Shown here: positions 45,572 through 53,174 of the stretch, in pieces | Position numbering within the stretch: the stretch's first letter is position 1 | How the letters are laid out: every line of letters begins with the position of its first letter | Origin: a virus | Taxonomy: Duplodnaviria > Caudoviricetes | DNA length: 64,000 nt | Virus record (IMG/VR): IMGVR_UViG_3300028610_002065 | Span: 8,182 to 72,181 of that record | Direction: 5' to 3' (one strand) | The notes under the pieces: model-generated | Databases searched by the model: none | Told to the model about the DNA's origin: nothing | Seen by the model: only the letters and a program-made list of their open reading frames with translations | Program-made: the position numbers and the translations under genes

Positions 45572-46848
45572 TTAACTTTTCCCTCTCCGGCAGCGACAAT
45601 GGGATCATAGAACTTCTTCTTATATGTGCGATCCTTATCCATCATTGCTAAATGAAGAGTTGTCATATACTTGAACTGGGGACTGAGTCTATCAAACCCA
45701 TCAATCTGCGAGATAAATAATGCCGCTGTATCAATTGGCATCATGAGCAAAAAGTCAAGACAATTCTGTAGTTTCCATGAATCTTTTTCAAATGGAGGCA
45801 TAGATGTGCCCAGATATGTACAGAAACCAACCATAAGTTCGCTGAGCTTTGAAGCGTCATTTTCTTTGACTAATTTCACAATCTTGTCCTTTACAGATTC
45901 GAAACTGTGAAACACATCCATTGGACGGATATGCTTTTTATCTCTGGCGAACTCAAGGAAGATTTTGGTCATATTGACATTGAGAAGACCGGAACCCTTG
46001 AGTTCAATTTCATCAAAGTCAATACTTCCACGAGCTATTTCCATCTTCCATAAATGATCAGATAGTTTTTCATAGCTAGCTGGGTTGGCATATACTGCGC
46101 CGATTTTTTGGGATTCAAAGTCGTACAGATACTCAGGAAATGTTTGGATGAACTCAATAATGAGGGGATGGAAATCTTGCTTTATAGCATATGTGAGAAA
46201 ATCGTGTGCATTGACTTCCACATAGAGATGTAATTGCCTTCGAAGACCTGCTGCATCTTCTAGGTTGTCCATCGAATACTCTGAGTCATCCGGATTGTCA
46301 ATTGAAAATACAAACCACCCTTTTGGGAAAGGGAGCGTGTGAACTGTATATTCATTCTGAATCTGCCACAGCAGTTGTTGGAGTTGATGGTCGCCACGTG
46401 AAAATTCATCAATCACGAAGATTCCATATGTTCCTTTGACCTTTGGAACAAAGTCAGAATAAAGCATTCTGAAATCACTAAACCCATGTTTATCTTCAAC
46501 TGGGAAGGGAATAATGAAGTCATCCCTTGAAAGAACCGGAGATTTAATCATCATTAATTCAAACTCTTTCTGATTCTTTCCTTTGTTCTTTTCATTATAA
46601 GCGGCAAAAATCTCCTCTGTCAATTCTTTGGCAATCTGAAAACAGATTTGAGTTTTTCCTACGCCGGCTGGCCCAATGATATGGTAACATTGTTTGTCAA
46701 CGTCTCTGCCTTTATTCCAGGCAATAATGGTATCTTTTATATCGTTTTTAAGTATCTCTTTAATCCCACCGATAGAAGTAACTGCAATATTCAGTCGCTC
46801 CTGGTACTTTAATTCCGCCTCTTGTTTCGCTGTATCATCATCTGGCAT
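45568..46848 (-). CDS. MoxR-like AAA+ ATPase
   Basis: GPAGVGKT, VIDEFSR, DAAGLRRQ; paired with a vWA gene. Confidence 0.85.
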   Translation of the reverse strand: MPDDDTAKQEAELKYQERLNIAVTSIGGIKEILKNDIKDTIIAWNKGRDVDKQCYHIIGPAGVGKTQICFQIAKELTEEIFAAYNEKNKGKNQKEFELMMIKSPVLSRDDFIIPFPVEDKHGFSDFRMLYSDFVPKVKGTYGIFVIDEFSRGDHQLQQLLWQIQNEYTVHTLPFPKGWFVFSIDNPDDSEYSMDNLEDAAGLRRQLHLYVEVNAHDFLTYAIKQDFHPLIIEFIQTFPEYLYDFESQKIGAVYANPASYEKLSDHLWKMEIARGSIDFDEIELKGSGLLNVNMTKIFLEFARDKKHIRPMDVFHSFESVKDKIVKLVKENDASKLSELMVGFCTYLGTSMPPFEKDSWKLQNCLDFLLMMPIDTAALFISQIDGFDRLSPQFKYMTTLHLAMMDKDRTYKKKFYDPIVAAGEGKVK

Positions 46849-46869
46849 TGGGACTCTCCTTTCAATTGG

Positions 46870-47820
46870 TTAGAATTGTATATCATCAAAACTAAAAGTT
46901 TTTGCCTCTTCTGGTTTATCTTCTGATGGAGCAGATTCTTTTGATTGCTCATCGCTTTCCATTGACATAACACCCTCTGGCGGTTTGGTTGGTTGTTCTT
47001 CACCATATCCAGAAACAGATTCTTGCTTACGTTTTGACCAATCAAATTTTTCATTGAATTGACCAACTGTTTCTTTTGACAACTTGAGGATTTTAACTAC
47101 AGCAGTTTTTACAATCTCTGGTCCTCGTTCTAATTCAAAAATGTTGACCATGTTTCCATATGAAGATTCTTCTTCACCTTTGGTAATCCTTGTAACAAAT
47201 CTCTTGTTGTTGACAACTGATTTTTCAAACTGTTTGCTTTGATCTGTAACTGGCTCAAATATTGGAGATAAATCTTCTTCATTGTAAAGATCGTTAAGGT
47301 AGTCAGAAACATTACTATATCTCATTCCTTTTCCTCTAAGAAAGACAAAGACTGGTTTCTTCTCATCTGTCAGAATAGGGGAACCATTTGATTTACAATA
47401 GATTCCAGCAACGAGTATTTGTGCTCGACAAGAATTGCAAAAATCATTTGCTGCTCTTTCTGCTGAAGTTATGGGACATGGACGAGGACTTCCATCCTGA
47501 AGTTTTGTCGTTCCATGGAATGTGCCTTCTTTATATGAGAAACATTCAGTGACTTCACCTTTTCCCTTTTGCGATTTGATCTTTGCGAGAATATCTTTTG
47601 TATGAGTAATTACAAGATTGACTTCATCTAAATTATACTCAACGCCACGAACCTGTAGTTTGCCAGACTTCTCTTTTATTCCAAGATGATTGTCTCGAGA
47701 TTTTCCTGAGACATAAACGCTATGGAAAAATTCATCTTCTGGAGGAACTTGCTCTCCTCCCGTTCCACCTTGATAACCTGTTCCCGACAAATCTTCATAA
47801 TCTTCAAAATTTTCAGCCAT
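46870..47820 (-). CDS. Putative single-stranded DNA-binding protein
   Basis: Aromatic/beta-rich core and acidic tail ending FSFDDIQF, in the replication block. Confidence 0.45.
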   Translation of the reverse strand: MAENFEDYEDLSGTGYQGGTGGEQVPPEDEFFHSVYVSGKSRDNHLGIKEKSGKLQVRGVEYNLDEVNLVITHTKDILAKIKSQKGKGEVTECFSYKEGTFHGTTKLQDGSPRPCPITSAERAANDFCNSCRAQILVAGIYCKSNGSPILTDEKKPVFVFLRGKGMRYSNVSDYLNDLYNEEDLSPIFEPVTDQSKQFEKSVVNNKRFVTRITKGEEESSYGNMVNIFELERGPEIVKTAVVKILKLSKETVGQFNEKFDWSKRKQESVSGYGEEQPTKPPEGVMSMESDEQSKESAPSEDKPEEAKTFSFDDIQF

Positions 47821-47837
47821 GTGTAAATGACCTCCTG

Positions 47838-48491
47838 TTATTTATTTGGGACTAAACACCAATTTTGTGCATTACGATCATCTGGTATTGATACCAGAGA
47901 AAACTCATGATTGAACCAGCATTTCATATACTGCTCCATAAGCTCACTTGAAATGAACTCGCATATCTTATTGTAATTTGGTAATTCAGTCAGCTCCGGA
48001 TCTTCTATAGTAATCGGATTAATCTTTCTAACTTTTGAATCAGTAATTTCTCCTGTGATGAGTTTCGGATGTGGGCAGTAAACGATTACTAGTTTACTTC
48101 CAACCATTCGATAAATCTCATTCTGATAAAAATATGAATTTGTATCTAAATCAAAAGCGACATTTTTTCCTGTAAGTACTCTATTGATAGATGTATGTTG
48201 CCTACATAGAATACCATCAGGTTCCTTCTCTTTGCAGATTTCACAATCAGAATGATCTATTGAATAATTCATTCTAATTTCAAATGTCGGTTCTGCTGCT
48301 TTCGAGAAGTAACCCAAGATTCTTTTTTTATTCAATAGAAACTTACCAATAGTAATTGGGTAAACATCGCATCCAAGTTTGTCAATAAACTTTTCAATTG
48401 AAATTTGCTTCATGTGTATCAACTCCTCTTTTTTAAAAATAAGAACAAAAACCGTGAGGGGCGAAACACTGGATGCCTCTGCCACATGCAC
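47838..48491 (-). CDS. Hypothetical protein (likely start MKQISIE)
   Basis: C..C...C..H cluster; GAGG RBS before the internal Met. Confidence 0.55.
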   Translation of the reverse strand: MHVAEASSVSPLTVFVLIFKKEELIHMKQISIEKFIDKLGCDVYPITIGKFLLNKKRILGYFSKAAEPTFEIRMNYSIDHSDCEICKEKEPDGILCRQHTSINRVLTGKNVAFDLDTNSYFYQNEIYRMVGSKLVIVYCPHPKLITGEITDSKVRKINPITIEDPELTELPNYNKICEFISSELMEQYMKCWFNHEFSLVSIPDDRNAQNWCLVPNK

Positions 48492-48587
48492 ACGGCTTGG
48501 TTATATTCCATAAGAATAAAACCATTGCCGTAGTCACATGTGACAGAGCCTCGATTTTTACCTGTAGATTTGCTCGATATGAAATCA

Positions 48588-48794
48588 TTAATTTTCATCT
48601 TTAATCTCATATTTATCTCTGAGCTTTTTTGGTACCTTTATCCTACATAAGTTAGCAACTCGAATGAGCATTTCAGGAGTCGTATTTCTGAGAAATTCCT
48701 CGATCCTTCTCCTTAGCTTACGCATCATTAATTCATTCTGCTCAGTCATGAAAGTCTCCTCAAAGCACAAGGGAGAGATAGACAGGAGTTTCAT
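48588..48794 (-). CDS. Hypothetical protein
   Basis: Short basic protein, likely start MTEQ. Confidence 0.45.
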   Translation of the reverse strand: MKLLSISPLCFEETFMTEQNELMMRKLRRRIEEFLRNTTPEMLIRVANLCRIKVPKKLRDKYEIKDEN

Positions 48795-49722
48795 CTTCTT
48801 GTATCATATCTCCCCCACCACCTGAATCTGTTCGGAGAAGATTAGTTTTTAAAGACCCAGTTTGTCCCAACTCTTGTGAACTAATTTGAATGTCTTTCAA
48901 TAAAGGAAGAATCTCAGTTTGAATATGGTCTGAAAATTCGCTTAATATTTTTTCGACTTCATCAGGATCAGCTTCCTTTGGGAATTTTGGCAGGACCAGC
49001 GCTGATGGACGAATTTTTCCTAACATTTTTAAACGAATCATCTCTGCTCCATAGCATCCACGAATCAGATATTTCCAATATGCTTCCCAATGTTGAGGAG
49101 ATGGCATAATTTCAACACCAACCGGAACTCCAGCAAACATGATTATAGCACCAATCTGATTTTCGACTGGTTCGAAAGCTGCTGCAAAGTTTTCAAGAGA
49201 TTTCTTGATTGATGGTTCATCATAAAAGTCTCTGATGTGAGCTCGACTGGTACTTCCTGGGACAATACCCCTTAACCAGATGCTGATTCTATCCCATATT
49301 TTATCGTATTTTCTTCTCGATCTGATGGTTGGATCAAGCAATGCCTTTCTCAATTCAATTGGCAGAATATCTTCATCATTATCACTTTCACGAAGAAGAC
49401 CACCTTGACTTGATTCAACACAGCAGGCATTATCAAACTGGGACTGACTGCGGCTGGCAACAACACCAGAACCTGACATTGCATGATCTTGTGCACTTTT
49501 TCCACGAACCATATAGTTGGCCGGAACAATAGCTGGACGGGATTGATCCTTATTTTCAAATACCATTGTTCCATAACCTGCAGTTCGGGAGAAAGTTAAG
49601 TTTTCAGGATCAGCGATATCTCCTCTCGAAGGACCAACAATTGGAACAACTGTCATTTCATCCTCTGATTGAATTGGACCAACCCCAAGATTTGAAAATC
49701 CTAACGTTTCAAAAATCGACAT
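48760..49722 (-). CDS. ARPP-1/DUF6569-like protein
   Basis: LGVGPIQ...MTVVPI, AQDHA...ACCVESSQG, Q.GAIIMFAG..VGVEI; adjacent to a TROVE-like gene as is typical of the family. Confidence 0.6.
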   Translation of the reverse strand: MSIFETLGFSNLGVGPIQSEDEMTVVPIVGPSRGDIADPENLTFSRTAGYGTMVFENKDQSRPAIVPANYMVRGKSAQDHAMSGSGVVASRSQSQFDNACCVESSQGGLLRESDNDEDILPIELRKALLDPTIRSRRKYDKIWDRISIWLRGIVPGSTSRAHIRDFYDEPSIKKSLENFAAAFEPVENQIGAIIMFAGVPVGVEIMPSPQHWEAYWKYLIRGCYGAEMIRLKMLGKIRPSALVLPKFPKEADPDEVEKILSEFSDHIQTEILPLLKDIQISSQELGQTGSLKTNLLRTDSGGGGDMIQEDETPVYLSLVL

Positions 49723-49727
49723 CTGTT

Positions 49728-51308
49728 TTACCTCCCGATTAGGTTTTGAAATTTATTGACTAAAAGACCCTTCACAACATCTGTATTTTCGATCATTCGT
49801 GTGAAGATAAATTCAGTCTCCACATACCTGTAGTCGTTGAGCGGAATCGGTTTTACATCTGGAACGAGTGCTCTTGCTGTTCCCTGTCTTGCATCAGCAG
49901 AGAATACCGGATTGAAATGAATCAGGTTAAAGTCATGACCTGATTCTTTGAAATGTTTGTAGGTATGAGCAAACATACCTTTTATTGCATTTTCATATCC
50001 ATCCGATAGAACAACAATATTTTTCACTCCAGTTTTAACCGCCTTGGTTAATCCTGACCAAAGGTCTGTGTGATTCATTGGGATAATCATAGTGATCGGT
50101 TTATCAGTTGGAGTTGTAACAACCTTACCACCGACACGAATGACCTCTTTGACATTAGACAAAATAGATAACAGACAGAGAGAAGTCAAAAGAGGGTGTA
50201 ACTTTCTTTCATCACTTCCTTCCATAGATCGTGATGCGTCCACGATTACCACACACTCACCAATATCAAGTTTATCAGCTTTGGTGATTCTGTAGTCAAT
50301 GGCGTCTGAGATTTCATTCATATCCTCAGTATCAGTTTGAGATAGTTTGAAGTAGAGCAGTTTGAAGAGTTCATAAATATCATGATTTTTATAATTGATT
50401 TTTATCTTCTTTGCTCCTACTTTCTTACGAGCTGCAATAGTTTGAATTTCTTCTCTTTCTGATACTTTTGACTTATCATGAACTTCAGATAACTCAATGG
50501 GAACTTTATATTGATTGCGAAAACCGACTACGGTTCTCAGGGGCATTCCCTTCATGTTCTTTTTGAAGTCCTCGACATTTCCTTCTTCGGCTGCTTTTCG
50601 CAGTCTCCAGTAGTATCCGATTTTTGGAAAATAAGCTACAGCTTTTTCGGTTTTATATACTGGTTGTTTATTAAACAAATGCAAGAATATTGGAAATGCA
50701 TCTGGACTATAGCGACCTATCCATTTATCAAACAGCTTTTCATCGCCGTTCAATATTTTGTGTGTGGTCTGTGGGCCAAGAGCATGCCTTGTCAACTTAC
50801 GAAGTTTGTTCTTGAAGTTTACAGCTAACCCATCCAGTTCTTTGTTATCTCGACTAAAGATGAACTCAAGAATTAACTTTCTTGTTCTTGCATTGTTCAC
50901 TTTTGAAAATCCTTCACCTCCAGTCAACATCATTAGATTCTTGATAGCTCTAGCGAAACGATCTTGCGATACCTTATCAAGATTATATCTGAAGATGTCT
51001 TTCTCAAAGTCTTCTGGGAGTGCATCTGGAACTAAATCTTTGCCGGTTCCAGTCTGTGGGTTAGCTAATAACATGTGATTCATAGCTCCCTTTGAAAACC
51101 CTGTTCCGCCCAACAGCGTGACAAGACCAAACATCACTCTATCGAACTTGAATAGTTGTTGCCACATTTGCAGCACTTGTAAAAACTGCTCATCGGCACC
51201 TTCATAGAACGCACCTTTTGGTGCATACTGCATAATCCCTGAGTCAATTTGCACTGGCAATCTTCCTTCAGCCATGCGAACAGCATCTTGTAACTTCTTA
51301 CGAGCCAT
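49728..51308 (-). CDS. TROVE/Ro60-like helical protein with C-terminal vWA domain
   Basis: 526 aa; basic helical N-terminal two-thirds followed by vWA MIDAS (VIVDASRSM, T.L..GL, VVLSDGYEN). Same size and architecture as Ro60/Rsr. Confidence 0.6.
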   Translation of the reverse strand: MARKKLQDAVRMAEGRLPVQIDSGIMQYAPKGAFYEGADEQFLQVLQMWQQLFKFDRVMFGLVTLLGGTGFSKGAMNHMLLANPQTGTGKDLVPDALPEDFEKDIFRYNLDKVSQDRFARAIKNLMMLTGGEGFSKVNNARTRKLILEFIFSRDNKELDGLAVNFKNKLRKLTRHALGPQTTHKILNGDEKLFDKWIGRYSPDAFPIFLHLFNKQPVYKTEKAVAYFPKIGYYWRLRKAAEEGNVEDFKKNMKGMPLRTVVGFRNQYKVPIELSEVHDKSKVSEREEIQTIAARKKVGAKKIKINYKNHDIYELFKLLYFKLSQTDTEDMNEISDAIDYRITKADKLDIGECVVIVDASRSMEGSDERKLHPLLTSLCLLSILSNVKEVIRVGGKVVTTPTDKPITMIIPMNHTDLWSGLTKAVKTGVKNIVVLSDGYENAIKGMFAHTYKHFKESGHDFNLIHFNPVFSADARQGTARALVPDVKPIPLNDYRYVETEFIFTRMIENTDVVKGLLVNKFQNLIGR

Positions 51309-51499
51309 CTCCTATCTCCTTTTTAACGTGGGATAATCATATTCAATTTTTTGGATGAAAAATAAATAGAACTTGCCTTCATAAATTGGCGCTCGGGGGA
51401 GTAAAACGTAGCGTCAAGAAACCCGAAAGTATCTGAATCTACGTTTAGTCCCCCTCGCATAAAATGGTGCCCTTAAAAAGAGTGAAAGATGTAAGGGTT

Positions 51500-51574
51500 T
51501 GGTTGATACACAAGAATCGAACTTGCGACAACCGGCGTGATAGGCCGGAGCTCTTCCAACTGAGCTAATATCTG
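51500..51574 (-). tRNA. Degenerate tRNA-Asp-like element, anticodon ATC, nested in a longer stem
   Basis: TAGCTCAGTTGGAAGAGC D-arm, CCGGC-CTATCAC-GCCGG anticodon arm, GCAAG-TTCGATT-CTTGT T-arm, CCA; only 5 acceptor pairs. Confidence 0.55.
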
Positions 51575-52078
51575 AACTTTCATCGAGTCTCTTTTAATGG
51601 GCATAAAATGAACCAGAAGTAATATATATAATGTGTAGCGTTCCCCTCGTTGGAGGAGAACAGTCGTACAGGTTTTGACACCTTGGAGACCGACTAAGGT
51701 CAATGCTGAAATTATACAAAGTCTTCTGGTCAAAATGGAGCCGGCACATGGATAAACATGTGTATCGTCCGGCATAAAATAAAAGGGGGCCATACATCCG
51801 ATATGCAAGTCTTCTGCACGCGGTGACCCCTAAGATGGTGGAAGCCGTGATCCTTCATGCCGCGGCGCAATCAGGTGACTCCCATAAAATGATGGGGCGC
51901 GATATCCAAAAGACCAGTCCTGCAATTAATTAGCAGCGATAAGGTTAGTGGCACGCCCCATAAAATAGAACTAGAAGTAGAGAATGACTTGTGGGTTATG
52001 TATTTAGCAGTACAATCCTGAAAAGTCAAAAAGTCTTCTAGTTGAAAAAGTCGGGAGTGATAAACGTAATGTGATAGA

Positions 52079-52159
52079 CTTGCCAGTCTGTGGTAGGCAA
52101 GACGGGAATCGAACCCGCGTTCCATGGTCCCATATACCATTGCTGAAACCAACGTCAGC
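52079..52159 (-). tRNA. Rearranged tRNA-like domain (Pro-like sequence; canonical register reads ATG)
   Basis: D-arm, ATGGT-ATATGGG-ACCAT arm, GCGGG-TTCGATT-CCCGT T-arm, CTTGCCT-A-CCA; the complementary GGCAAG lies 3' of the CCA, not 5' of the D-arm. Confidence 0.5.
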
Positions 52160-52259
52160 GTTCTGAAATTACATCAAGTCTCCCGAGAAAATATAGAATA
52201 AAAATAAGTCTCTAATATAAAAATTTAAATTAAAGAACGTTAGAAATGTATCTTTCAAT

Positions 52260-52276
52260 AATTAATATATATAGAA
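52260..52276 (-). promoter_or_regulatory. Candidate early promoter, 17-bp exact repeat TTCTATATATATTAATT
   Basis: Identical to 63658-63674; both copies are intergenic and head a block of non-structural genes. Confidence 0.45.
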
Positions 52277-52294
52277 ACTGAATTTTTAAAATGA

Positions 52295-52555
52295 TCATGT
52301 TGCATCAACTAAAACTGGATTACGTTCGTTGTTGAGATCGAAGATTAGCTTCTTACCAGGGAAGCTATCTGCTGTGTTCTTGATAATTTGCTTGGTCGCA
52401 CTTGGTAAAAAGTTGTTGTAATAATATAACTGGAGCCCACCCTTAAAATTGAATGCTACTCCGTCGGCTGTTTCTGAAACTTCAACCAATTCCTCTCTTG
52501 GAACTGTTATTTTAAAATTACCCTTCTTAATTGTTATTTGAGTTTTTTCAGACAT
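52295..52555 (-). CDS. Hypothetical protein
   Basis: 86 aa, GGAG RBS. Confidence 0.6.
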   Translation of the reverse strand: MSEKTQITIKKGNFKITVPREELVEVSETADGVAFNFKGGLQLYYYNNFLPSATKQIIKNTADSFPGKKLIFDLNNERNPVLVDAT

Positions 52556-53174
52556 TCAGTTCTCCTTCTCTTAATGCTAGTAAAATTGTTGTATTCAATC
52601 TTTTAGATTGTTCACAAAACCACTCTATCATATCGTCTTTATTATATGTTCTTAAAAAATCAGCAATTAACTTAGGATATGATCTAGTATCTGACTGCTC
52701 TTCTATCTCTGAAATTATTTTATTTCCATTTTGTTCACAATAATTTTCGAAACGCAGTGAGTTTATTTCTGGTTTTAGATACTTCCAAACATTAGTTATG
52801 AACTCTTCGTTGTCATATTCCAAAAATTTGATCAGTTCTATTACATCTGAAGTGTCTTCTACATCTTCAATTTTTACAATTTGGGGAAATATAAAATCAT
52901 ATCTTTCTTTAATGTAACGTATAATTTCAAAACATAATTCTTTTAGATCTCTAAATTCATATTCTTTTCTTAATAGCGGAATGGTTGCATTGAAACTTTC
53001 TTGAAACTCTCCCGTTCGGATACTATCAAGAATGGTTAGGAAATAATAACTCTTCAATGCAGCTTCTTCATATGGATAACCTGTTTGACTTTCAACTCTC
53101 AAGTCATCCATATCTTCTTCTGGCATATTTAATGAGTTTCCTAACAATGCTTGTAATGCTCTATCTTCGTACAT
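52548..53174 (-). CDS. Hypothetical acidic helical protein
   Basis: 208 aa, TAATG overlap. Confidence 0.65.
   Translation of the reverse strand: MYEDRALQALLGNSLNMPEEDMDDLRVESQTGYPYEEAALKSYYFLTILDSIRTGEFQESFNATIPLLRKEYEFRDLKELCFEIIRYIKERYDFIFPQIVKIEDVEDTSDVIELIKFLEYDNEEFITNVWKYLKPEINSLRFENYCEQNGNKIISEIEEQSDTRSYPKLIADFLRTYNKDDMIEWFCEQSKRLNTTILLALREGELNV

Larger units (their letters stand above)
51387..52186 (-). ncRNA. Array of 8-9 stem-closed tRNA-like/Y RNA-like ncRNAs
   Basis: Units at 51387-51458, 51465-51602, 51610-51731, 51736-51773, 51785-51830, 51836-51883, 51890-51959, 51969-52043, 52051-52186. Each has paired 5'/3' ends, several end in CCA, and ATTTTATG recurs at unit boundaries. 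Confidence 0.75.

Noticed and set aside
51785-51883. tmRNA (Ala acceptor followed by GGGGTC, suggesting a permuted gene)
   Set aside because: No T-arm, tag reading frame or pseudoknot region; the acceptor is complete within 48 nt.
51380-51966. CRISPR array from the recurring CATAAAAT
   Set aside because: The repeat is only 8 nt, spacing is irregular (76-171 nt), the intervening sequences are self-folding, and no cas gene is in the window.
51500-52159. Two ordinary functional tRNA genes
   Set aside because: Acceptor stems are defective or rearranged, anticodon loops are atypical, and both are nested in longer stems.
52051-52186. Archaeal-type permuted tRNA with a bulge-helix-bulge junction
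   Set aside because: I could not build a 3-4-3 BHB at the junction, and RBSs and genes look bacterial.
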